This document shows positions 9,873-18,608 of a DNA stretch of 64,000 bases, piece after piece. This stretch comes from Candidatus Bathyarchaeota archaeon. Lineage in GTDB: Archaea; Thermoproteota; Bathyarchaeia; Bathyarchaeales; Bathycorpusculaceae. Positions within the stretch are counted from its first letter, which is position 1. Each line of letters starts with the position of its first letter. The notes beneath the pieces were generated by a model. The model was not told the origin of the DNA, searched no databases, and was given only the letters and a program-made list of their open reading frames with translations. A program made the position numbers and the translations under genes. Location of the stretch: assembly GCA_963832745.1 (NCBI GenBank), contig CAWHVC010000003.1, positions 544,001 through 608,000 on the forward strand. Direction: 5' to 3'.

Positions 9873-10849
9873 TGCCACAAGTAATAGAATGGACAAACGC
9901 TAGCCAAGACGCAATAGTTTGGAGATACCCTAACGAGGAAATCACTTGGGGTTCCCAACTTGTAGTGCAAGAATTCCAGATGGCTGTGTTTTTCCGTGAC
10001 GGTAAAGCCTATGACGTTTTTGGTCCAGGTAGACATACCTTAACAACCCTAAATCTGCCATTGCTTACTGGATTACTGACGCGTCTTGCTGGTTTTGGCG
10101 GAAACAAGCCGTTTAAAGCTGCGGTTATCTTTATCAGCACCAAAATTTTCGCAGGCAAATGGGGAACAAAAGCACAAACCACTGAACTAGCGCCTCTGCA
10201 GACTTATGGGCAATTCTGGTTCAAAATAGAAAACGCCACCCTCTTTGTCAACGAAGTTATCGGTGGACAAAGCGCTTACACAACTGACCAAGTTAATAGT
10301 TTCCTACGCGGCTACCTCAATGAAAAAATAATCGATGAACTCAGCCATTACGACCTAATTACAGTCTTTACACGGCTAGACGAGACAAGTGTTATCGTTA
10401 AAAACTCGATTATGGACTACTTCAAACGTGTCGGCATAGAACTAACCGACCTACGCTTCGAAGGCATCGACACAACACCAGAATACCGTGAACGCTTGTT
10501 CTGGCTCAAAACCGGTCAAACCGCACCCAGTGAAGTGCTACGTATGGAAACCATGAAAAGTGCGGCAGCATCCCTCGGTCAAGGCGGCGGCAGCGGCGCT
10601 TTAGGCGCTGGAATGGTGCTTATTCCACAAATCATGAACCAGCAAGGACAACCACAAGCAGCACCCGCAGCAGCACTTGTCATCTGCCCCAAATGCGGGG
10701 AAAAAGTTCCGGCAACAAGCAAATTCTGCCCCAACTGTGGAACAAGCCTTACACCACCAGCTGAAGGAGCAATCACCTGCTCAAAATGCGGCAAATCGAT
10801 CCCGGCAAACAGCAAGTTCTGTCCAGAATGCGGAAACAAAATCGCCTAA
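9872..10849 (+). CDS. SPFH/band-7 protein with double zinc ribbon (YdjI-like)
   Basis: IVWRYP..EI..GSQLVV.E.Q.AVFFRDGK..DVFGPGRHTL.T.NLP; C-terminal CPKC/FCPNCG/CSKC/FCPECG. Confidence 0.9.
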   Translation: MPQVIEWTNASQDAIVWRYPNEEITWGSQLVVQEFQMAVFFRDGKAYDVFGPGRHTLTTLNLPLLTGLLTRLAGFGGNKPFKAAVIFISTKIFAGKWGTKAQTTELAPLQTYGQFWFKIENATLFVNEVIGGQSAYTTDQVNSFLRGYLNEKIIDELSHYDLITVFTRLDETSVIVKNSIMDYFKRVGIELTDLRFEGIDTTPEYRERLFWLKTGQTAPSEVLRMETMKSAAASLGQGGGSGALGAGMVLIPQIMNQQGQPQAAPAAALVICPKCGEKVPATSKFCPNCGTSLTPPAEGAITCSKCGKSIPANSKFCPECGNKIA

Positions 10850-10861
10850 ACGGAGCAAAAG

Positions 10862-11212
10862 ATGAGCATGAACGAAAGCAACCGTCAACTCTTAACTGTC
10901 GGTATATTCATAGTCGCCATTGCGGTAGGCGTGTTGCTGTATGCAGCATCACTTATCAGTTGGGTGCTGATACTTCCAGTTGTGCTGCTGGTGTTCGGTT
11001 GCTGGATGCTGGTCTTAGCGTATATGCAGTCAAGCAGTCCAGTTAAGTATGCTCAAACCCCGTTTGGAACAATGGCTTTGGGGTTGACTATGATTGCGGT
11101 TGGCGGAGCATGGTTTCTCTTTGACTACACCGGCAATATCCTGTACACGTTGGTCTTGGTCTTGCTGGTGATTGCTGCACTGGCGATTGCAGCCGCATTA
11201 CGACGCAAGTAA
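10862..11212 (+). CDS. small integral membrane protein (about 4 TM)
   Basis: Highly hydrophobic 116 aa, 12 nt after the SPFH gene. Confidence 0.75.
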   Translation: MSMNESNRQLLTVGIFIVAIAVGVLLYAASLISWVLILPVVLLVFGCWMLVLAYMQSSSPVKYAQTPFGTMALGLTMIAVGGAWFLFDYTGNILYTLVLVLLVIAALAIAAALRRK

Positions 11213-11287
11213 CCCATCAGAGCCCTTTTTTGGCTCTAAACATTTTTTTATAACATATGCACAGCTAATGTGCAGAAGGCAGCAGAA

Positions 11288-12904
11288 TTGAGTGAAGAAA
11301 CAACCACTACAACTATTGGTCATGGAACATGGTATGACATGATGGCTCAGAAGGTCATTGACCGCGAAAAACAACTGGGCCGAAACATGAGTTTAATAAG
11401 AACAGAAATGGGTCTTGGCGCTTCAGGCTTCCCACATATTGGCAGCTTAGGCGATGCTGCACGCTCCAACGCCGTATCCTTAGCCCTTAGAGATTTAGGT
11501 TACAACTCTGAACTCGTTGCTTACTGTGACGACAAGGATGGTCTTCGAAAGGTTCCAGCTGGCCTTACACATGCTAATTTAGAAAAATACCTCGGGTACC
11601 CAGTTTCAGCTATTCCTGACCCGTTTGGTTGCCATGAAAGCTATGGTAAACACATGAGCAGCCTGCTGCTTGACGCTTTGGATAAGTGCGGGATTCAATA
11701 CAAGTATTACTCCGCAAACGAGGTTTACAAAAAAGGTTTACTGATAAACGAAATTCGCGCATTGCTAACTAACGCGCAAAAGGTTGGTCAAATAGTTAAA
11801 GAAGAAGTAGGACAAGAAACCTACACCGAAGTACTACCCTACTTTGCAATCTGCGAAAAATGTGGACACCTCTACACTACACGCGCATACAAGTTTGACC
11901 CCAAAACCGACAAAGTCACCTACAAATGCGTCGGTCTAGAAATCAGGGGCAAACTAATTCCCGGCTGCGGATACGAAGGCGAAATTGACATAAAAAGCGG
12001 CAACGGCAAACTAACCTGGAAAAGCGAATTTGCAGCCCGCTGGAGAGCGCTCGACATCAGGTTTGAAGCTTACGGTAAAGACATCGCCGATTCTGTACGC
12101 ATAAACGACCGCATTAGCCGTGAGGTCCTTGAGTTTGAACCGCCAAGCCACGCAAAATACGAAATGTTTCTTGATAAAGGCGGCAAAAAAATTAGCAAAT
12201 CAGCGGGGAACGTGTTTACGCCGCAAGTTTGGTTCCAATACGGTTCTCCGCAGTCGTTGCTTTTGTTGATGCTTAAACGGTTTGTAGGGACCCGCAGTCT
12301 AGACGTTTCAGACATTCCCTCGTACATGAATGAGCTTGATGAGCTTGAAGACGTGTATTTTGACAAAAAACAGTTAAACCCAAAGGAAACCGCACGCCTA
12401 AAAGGTCTTTATCAATACTGTTGGGTAATGACGCCACCAGCCAAGCCAAGCATCCACGTACCTTACAACCTATTGGCGTTCCTTGTCAAGATGGCGCCAA
12501 AAGAATGCGTAAACGATTACGTCGCCGAAAAATTACAAAGCTACGGTTACCTGCAAAAGAATCAAACAATCGACGAAGGCTTAGCCCAACGCATAAAATA
12601 CGCAGAAAACTGGTCACGTGACTTTGAAGAAATCAAAGAAGCCACTGTAACCCTTACGCCAGAAGCCAAAAAGGCCATTGCAGAGTTGCTTGTAAACTTG
12701 CCTGCAGCTGATGATGCTGACAAAATTCAGAATGCCATTTTTAGTGCTGCCAAAAACAATGGATTAAAACCGGGCGCGTTTTTCAAGACTCTTTATGCGG
12801 TTTTGATGGGTGCAACTCAGGGTCCGCGTTTGGGTCCTTATGTTTTGGCTATGGGTAAGCAGAATGTTGCTTCTGCTCTTGAAAGGGCGTTAAGTAAGGC
12901 TTAA
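11288..12904 (+). CDS. lysS: lysine--tRNA ligase, class I
   Basis: SGFPHIGS (HIGH-like), GKL.WK.E.AARW, FEAYGKD, KISKSAGN (KMSKS-like), GPRLG; start assumed at TTG 11288. Confidence 0.95.
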   Translation: MSEETTTTTIGHGTWYDMMAQKVIDREKQLGRNMSLIRTEMGLGASGFPHIGSLGDAARSNAVSLALRDLGYNSELVAYCDDKDGLRKVPAGLTHANLEKYLGYPVSAIPDPFGCHESYGKHMSSLLLDALDKCGIQYKYYSANEVYKKGLLINEIRALLTNAQKVGQIVKEEVGQETYTEVLPYFAICEKCGHLYTTRAYKFDPKTDKVTYKCVGLEIRGKLIPGCGYEGEIDIKSGNGKLTWKSEFAARWRALDIRFEAYGKDIADSVRINDRISREVLEFEPPSHAKYEMFLDKGGKKISKSAGNVFTPQVWFQYGSPQSLLLLMLKRFVGTRSLDVSDIPSYMNELDELEDVYFDKKQLNPKETARLKGLYQYCWVMTPPAKPSIHVPYNLLAFLVKMAPKECVNDYVAEKLQSYGYLQKNQTIDEGLAQRIKYAENWSRDFEEIKEATVTLTPEAKKAIAELLVNLPAADDADKIQNAIFSAAKNNGLKPGAFFKTLYAVLMGATQGPRLGPYVLAMGKQNVASALERALSKA

Positions 12905-13217
12905 AAACAGTTAACGCTCTTTTTTTGCTTTTTTTTATTTCTTAAATAAGTGTTTGTTTTCCCTTTGTTTATCCCCCGCTTTTTGTTCTCTTTTTCTAAA
13001 AAAGCGTGGGAAACATTCGATATTCCTGACTATTTTTTGTTAACAATTGTTGTTGATTTCTCTTTGGAAAAAATGTTTTATTGTAAAATTTTGGCTTAAA
13101 CTTTGCAGTTTGTGTCGATCTGTTGATAATTTGCGCTTCTCTAATGCTGAGTATGCCTTTGATGGTGTTTTTGGTTAAAAAAACGGTGTTTTTTGCTTTG
13201 CTCATCCCTGTTTATGA

Positions 13218-13265
13218 CAAACCTTATAAACAAAACAAGTCTGTAAGAGAAGCTATCACTTACAA
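13218..13265 (+). promoter_or_regulatory. BRE/TATA promoter plus conserved downstream motif of surface-protein gene
   Basis: CAAACCTTATAAA and AAGCTATCACTTACAA, both matched upstream of the paralog at 46679..46721 (minus strand). Confidence 0.6.
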
Positions 13266-13293
13266 GATAAGTAAGTGAAAAAAGGTAAAAAAT

Positions 13294-15930
13294 ATGATAA
13301 ATCTAAAAATGTCAAAAAACAAATTAGCAATAGCTTCTGTGATACTTTTAGGTTTACTGATAACTTCAATGCTGACAATAAGCATACCAGCGCAGGCACA
13401 AGAAGTCATGCACGGCGGAAACCCATCATCACCTAACTGGGCATACAAAACAGTACCCTCAGGCGTAACAGTTGACAAACAAATTCAGTCTCAAGCCTTC
13501 CTTAGCACCTCACCAAACCCCATAGGTCTTAACCAACAATTACTGATCAACGTTTGGCTCACCTTCCCATCAGCAGAAAACAGGTTCTGCGCAGACTACA
13601 CTTTAGACATCATAAGACCAGACGGTACAACAGACCAAATCGTTATGGAATCATACGTGGCAGACGGTACATCCTATGCAATTTACGACATGAATCAAGA
13701 GGGAACATGGCAATTCAAGTTCACGTTCCCAGGCGAATACTTCCCAGCTGGCATATACTACAACGGTAAACTTGCAAACTCCACTCAATCAACTGACGGA
13801 TTCACCATAACCAGTGGAACAGGAGCAACAACCAGCATCGGAACAGGCGTCTACACAAACTATCCATACTCTGAATACTACAAACCAGCAGAAACCCAAT
13901 GGCAAAACGTTACCGTTCAAAAAGACATGATACTATCATGGAGTTCAGCTCTTCCAAGCGACTACTGGACACGTCCAATCTCACCAAACAACCGAGAATG
14001 GTACACAATCTCAGGTAACTACCCATGGGAACACATGCAAGTCGGCGGTGCATGGGCAGTAGCAGACAGATACTATGGTCCATACATCACAGCACCAAAC
14101 AGTCCACACATTGCATGGATGCAAACAGCCACAACAGCCGGTTTAATTGGTGGAGAAACAGGCCAATACTCAATCATTTCCGGACCAAGCGCTTCAACAC
14201 CAATCAACACTCCAAGCGTTATCTACATGGGCAGAGCATACGCCACCGTAACAAAATCACTTAACGGCGGTGCACCACAACAATACGCAGAATGCTATGA
14301 CATACAAACAGGCCAAATTTACTATGATATTGCAGTTTCAGCCGGCGGTGTCACACCTACACACATAAATTATGTTGACCCAACAGCAACAGTAGTTCCA
14401 GGTGAAGCGGCAGACGCAACTTTCACTGTAGAACTCTTGACAATTTCAGGAACAAGGCTTCTAAAGATTAACCCAACTACCGGCGCAGTAACAGCCAACA
14501 TTACTATTCCGCGCTTTAACTATGCAGAATTAATGTACGACAACGGATTCTTCCTAAGCTACAACGTAACAGGTGCAGCAGCAACCCCAGCCGAAAAAGG
14601 TGTTCTATACAACTGGACAGCTTCAGGTTCAACAACAGACTTTAATTCACGAATTATCACTCAACGAAACATTACCATACCTCACAGCATGAGAGCATAT
14701 GCACCAAGCGACATCTATGGCTTCTTAGGATGCTATGACCCAGCAGCAGGCGTAACTGTTATCCAAAGCAGATTCCTCTACGGAAACGTCTACGGCTACA
14801 ACCTTGTGGCAATGGACTTAAACACTGGCGCAATACTTTGGAACTACACCTCACCTGAAAACGAAATGGTCTCCGCTTACAGACCAACAAACGGTTGGGC
14901 ACGTGACGGAATCTACGCTGCACAAATGGAACTCGGCTCCATAAAAGCTTGGGACATTAGAACAGGCGAAGTACTGTGGGAAACACACATTCCGGATTAT
15001 CCATGGGGAGAATTCTGGATGTATGACCGCGCAGCATACGGCGACTTGTTATTATCTCCAGGATACACTGGTCTTTGGGCAATCAATGAACATGACGGTT
15101 CAATCGCATGGCACTATGCAGATCCAGCAATACCCTTCGAAACACCATACTCAAGCAACGGAACAAGCACCTACTCAGTTCAAGACATCAGAGTTGTAGA
15201 CGGTAAAGTTTACCTAACAGACAACGAGCACACTCCATCTCAACCTGCAACAAGAGGCTGGGGTCTAATGTGTCTCAACGTCACAAATGGTGACTTACTG
15301 TGGAAACTTAACGGCGCCAACTTTGTTTGCGGTGCAGCATCAGACGGTTACATGGCAGCAGCATCAACCTACAATGGACAAATGATCGTTATGGGCAAAG
15401 GCCAATCATCAACAACAGTTTCAGCGCCACAAACACAAATAGTTTCAGGCCAAAGCGTAATGATTACCGGATCAGTCCTTGACCAATCATCTGCACAACC
15501 AGGAACAGCATGTATCTCAGACGAATCAATGGCAACATGGATGGATTACCTACACTTCCAACTACCAATCGACGGCATATACCACAACATAACCATTACA
15601 GGTGTACCAGTATCAATTGACGCAGTTGATCCAAACGGCAACTATGTACACCTTGGCGACGCAGTCAGCGACATGAGTGGAACCTTCACCTTCGCATGGA
15701 CACCAACAAACCCAGGCGAATACAAGATCACTGCAACCTTTGGCGGCAGCAATTCATACGGCGCTTCATATGCTTCAACAGGCGCAGTTGTAGCTGCAAG
15801 CACACAAAACTCAACACCAGAACCAACAACAATCACAATGCCACCATTTGAGCTATACATTGCAGGTTCAACTATTGCAATCATAGTAGCAATTGCATTA
15901 GTTGCCTTATTGCTCAAGAAAAAGCCATAA
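13294..15930 (+). CDS. PQQ-like beta-propeller cell-surface protein (paralog of 3821..6445)
   Basis: Shared motifs AFLS..PNPIG, LP.DYWTRP, DQS.AQPGT.C.S..SM, AVDPN; TM and KKKP tail. Confidence 0.85.
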   Translation: MINLKMSKNKLAIASVILLGLLITSMLTISIPAQAQEVMHGGNPSSPNWAYKTVPSGVTVDKQIQSQAFLSTSPNPIGLNQQLLINVWLTFPSAENRFCADYTLDIIRPDGTTDQIVMESYVADGTSYAIYDMNQEGTWQFKFTFPGEYFPAGIYYNGKLANSTQSTDGFTITSGTGATTSIGTGVYTNYPYSEYYKPAETQWQNVTVQKDMILSWSSALPSDYWTRPISPNNREWYTISGNYPWEHMQVGGAWAVADRYYGPYITAPNSPHIAWMQTATTAGLIGGETGQYSIISGPSASTPINTPSVIYMGRAYATVTKSLNGGAPQQYAECYDIQTGQIYYDIAVSAGGVTPTHINYVDPTATVVPGEAADATFTVELLTISGTRLLKINPTTGAVTANITIPRFNYAELMYDNGFFLSYNVTGAAATPAEKGVLYNWTASGSTTDFNSRIITQRNITIPHSMRAYAPSDIYGFLGCYDPAAGVTVIQSRFLYGNVYGYNLVAMDLNTGAILWNYTSPENEMVSAYRPTNGWARDGIYAAQMELGSIKAWDIRTGEVLWETHIPDYPWGEFWMYDRAAYGDLLLSPGYTGLWAINEHDGSIAWHYADPAIPFETPYSSNGTSTYSVQDIRVVDGKVYLTDNEHTPSQPATRGWGLMCLNVTNGDLLWKLNGANFVCGAASDGYMAAASTYNGQMIVMGKGQSSTTVSAPQTQIVSGQSVMITGSVLDQSSAQPGTACISDESMATWMDYLHFQLPIDGIYHNITITGVPVSIDAVDPNGNYVHLGDAVSDMSGTFTFAWTPTNPGEYKITATFGGSNSYGASYASTGAVVAASTQNSTPEPTTITMPPFELYIAGSTIAIIVAIALVALLLKKKP

Positions 15931-16020
15931 ACAAAAAACCTAAACCAATCTCTTTTTCTTTTTTTTATTTTAAAATTTTACAAACCTTTACGAGTAAAAC
16001 CAAATTAAAAAAATTGATGT

Positions 16021-16599
16021 TTATTGTTTAATGAGTTTTAACTCGTTAGTTTGGGTGTAAACGTTTTGCTCGTAAACTCCTTCCCACTGGTCATGCCATG
16101 TGCCTTCCATGTTGCTTGTTGTGAAAGTGAAGACGCCCACAGTGCCGATTTGATGTATTGGTCCTTGATTTGCCCTTGTAAGAGTTAATTGTGTGCCATT
16201 GATTGTGCCTGTTAAATCCATTGGTGAAACATCAGGAGTATAACCTGAATCTGAAGCAAGTTGCCTAGCCGAGTAAGTGAAGGTTACATGTACGTTTACA
16301 ATGTTTTCTTGCCCTGTGCCTGTTATTGTCCAAATCATGGTACGGTTTTCTTTGCCTACGTCCTCGATATTAAATGAGTTGAAGTCTGTGGCGATGTTGA
16401 ATTGGGTGGATAAGGGTGTTTTCCATGTTCCTTCTATGTCTCTTGTAGGTGAGAGAACGTTTGGAATGCTTATGCCCATGTCGCTAAAAAAACCTGAAAA
16501 GTACATGGCACCTACAATGGAAACGATAAGTATTGTTACTGGTATGATTTGGAGTGCTTTGTTTGCTTTTTTAACTGGGGCTTGAGAATTTTTTGACAA
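16021..16599 (-). CDS. membrane-anchored hypothetical protein
   Basis: N-terminal TM followed by a beta-rich domain. Confidence 0.7.
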   Translation of the reverse strand: MSKNSQAPVKKANKALQIIPVTILIVSIVGAMYFSGFFSDMGISIPNVLSPTRDIEGTWKTPLSTQFNIATDFNSFNIEDVGKENRTMIWTITGTGQENIVNVHVTFTYSARQLASDSGYTPDVSPMDLTGTINGTQLTLTRANQGPIHQIGTVGVFTFTTSNMEGTWHDQWEGVYEQNVYTQTNELKLIKQ

Positions 16600-16756
16600 C
16601 CTTTACTTGTCACCTTATTTCGTACGAATAACGATGAGCATGATTAAAAACATTGCTAATTATTGCTAAGCCTATGGGAACCATAAAAAAGCAGCCAAAG
16701 TATCAAGCTTAGCCTTAAATTCTCAAAACAAGAATATTGTTAAACTGTGAACCCGC

Positions 16757-17728
16757 ATGGTAGCTATTGATAATCAAGAGGTTAACTGGACCGTAAACGG
16801 CATCCCAGTTTATGGAACAATAACTCGTCCAAAAGACAAAAACGTACGTGCCGCCATAGTTTTTGTGGCAGGCAGCGGTCCAACCGACCGTGACTGGTGC
16901 TCACCCCTTCTGCCGGGAAAAAACGGCAGCGCCAAACTGTTAGCTGAAACACTTGCAGAGAACGGTTTTATTACCCTGCGTTATGACAAGATTGCTTCTG
17001 GTCCACATGCCCAAGAAAATGTTCCTAAAATGATGGGTAAAATTAGCATGCAAAGTCATGTTAACGAACTTTCCGGGGCTGTTGAAACATTAGTTAAAGA
17101 AAGCGGCGTAGATAAAAACAACATTTTTGTGCTTACCAGCAGTGAAGGCGCTATTCATGCTTTAAATTATCAATTGCAAGCCAAAATTAAATTTAAAGGC
17201 TTGATTTTAACTGGGGCGCCAGGTAGGTCTATTGGTGAAGTAGTATACAACCAAATAGTCAATCAGCTATCACCTTTACCTAACAAGGAAGAAATCCTAC
17301 AACAGTATGAAGATGCAATAGCTTCCTTCTCAAAGGGCACCCCAATAAATCCAGACCCTAGCCTTCCTGTTGGCATTAAAAATCTGTTGCTCTCGCTTGA
17401 AACTCCAGTAAACTTGCCATTTAGTCGAGAACTGTGGAGTTATAACCCTTCAGAATACATTTCGAAAATACAAGAACCAATACTGGTCATCATAGGCAAA
17501 AAAGACATACAAGTAAACTGGCAGGCTGACGGCAAAGCACTCGAGAACGCCAAAAAAGAAGGCATTACCTTTGTTTATCCCGAAAATGCTGATCACATCT
17601 TAAAACATGAAGAAACACCCACTGAAAAACTTGGAGCAAACCTTGCAGTCAACTACAACATTGAAGGACGAAAGCTGGATGATGAAGCGGTTAATGCGAT
17701 TTTAGACTGGCTTTCAAGCCATTCTTAA
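16757..17728 (+). CDS. alpha/beta hydrolase
   Basis: VAGSGPTDRD, LRYDK, nucleophile elbow TSSEG, GKKDIQV, ADHILK. Confidence 0.85.
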   Translation: MVAIDNQEVNWTVNGIPVYGTITRPKDKNVRAAIVFVAGSGPTDRDWCSPLLPGKNGSAKLLAETLAENGFITLRYDKIASGPHAQENVPKMMGKISMQSHVNELSGAVETLVKESGVDKNNIFVLTSSEGAIHALNYQLQAKIKFKGLILTGAPGRSIGEVVYNQIVNQLSPLPNKEEILQQYEDAIASFSKGTPINPDPSLPVGIKNLLLSLETPVNLPFSRELWSYNPSEYISKIQEPILVIIGKKDIQVNWQADGKALENAKKEGITFVYPENADHILKHEETPTEKLGANLAVNYNIEGRKLDDEAVNAILDWLSSHS

Positions 17729-17845
17729 TGCTAACCCTATTTTTTGTGTATACAGAGTTATTGTCTAATTATTTGTGTTAATCAAAAACTGCTGTTGGTT
17801 TGAGTCAGGTTTATTTAGTTCTGGGTTGTAGTTAGTGTCGGTTCT

Positions 17846-17924
17846 GGGCTCGTCGTCTAGTACGGATTATGACACCAGCCTGCGGAGCTGGAGGTCCTGG
17901 GTTCAAATCCCAGCGGGCCCGCCA
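17846..17924 (+). tRNA. tRNA-Arg(GCG)
   Basis: GGGCTCG/CGGGCCC acceptor stem, CCAGC-CTGCGGA-GCTGG anticodon arm, TTCAAAT T-loop, encoded CCA. Confidence 0.95.
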
Positions 17925-17962
17925 TCAACATTCTAACTGCGCACTTCTCATCAGGCAACACC

Positions 17963-18601
17963 ATGAAAACCCCCAAACTAACCGATACATTACTCAACCA
18001 GTTCCAACGACCCACAGGCAAACCCGGCAAAACCATAGCTGCAAGAATGAACAAAGAACACGACCAACTAACCAACTGGGGGCTAAGCCACATAAAAATA
18101 GAGTCCGATTTTAAAGTTCTGGACATAGGCGTAGGGGGAGGTAGAACCGTTGGTAAACTGGCGAATCTAGCGTTTGAAGGTCAAGTTTTCGGCATAGACT
18201 ACTCGCGTGACATGGTTGACTTCTCCAAGATGCAGAATCAACGTTTGGTTGTTGAGGGCAAAATACAGTTTGTCCAAGGTTCAGTTGACGCTTTAAGTTT
18301 TTGTGACGGCTTTTTTGATTTGATTACCGCTGTTGAAACCCTCTATTTCTGGCCAAGCCTGCCCAAGGCTTTCTGTGAAATAAACCGTGTACTTAAGCCA
18401 GATGGAAAACTGTTACTTGTCAGCGAAATGATTAAAAATGGAAAATTTGAAGTTGAAAATGCTGAAATCATCGCTAAAACCCACGTCAAACTGCGTTCGC
18501 TTGATGAACTTCAGGGGTTGCTTGAGGCTGCGGGTTTTAATGTTGAGGTTTCAAGAAAGCCTAATTCACCTTGGAATGTTGTTGCCGCCCAGAAAAGGTA
18601 A
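17963..18601 (+). CDS. class I SAM-dependent methyltransferase
   Basis: VLDIGVGGG, GIDYS..M, FDLITAVETLYFW, RVLKPDG. Confidence 0.9.
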   Translation: MKTPKLTDTLLNQFQRPTGKPGKTIAARMNKEHDQLTNWGLSHIKIESDFKVLDIGVGGGRTVGKLANLAFEGQVFGIDYSRDMVDFSKMQNQRLVVEGKIQFVQGSVDALSFCDGFFDLITAVETLYFWPSLPKAFCEINRVLKPDGKLLLVSEMIKNGKFEVENAEIIAKTHVKLRSLDELQGLLEAAGFNVEVSRKPNSPWNVVAAQKR

Positions 18602-18608
18602 AGTGCGG

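Noticed and set aside
17857-18126. ORFs 17857..18126 and 17869..18114
   Set aside because: They overlap tRNA-Arg and the methyltransferase; shadow frames
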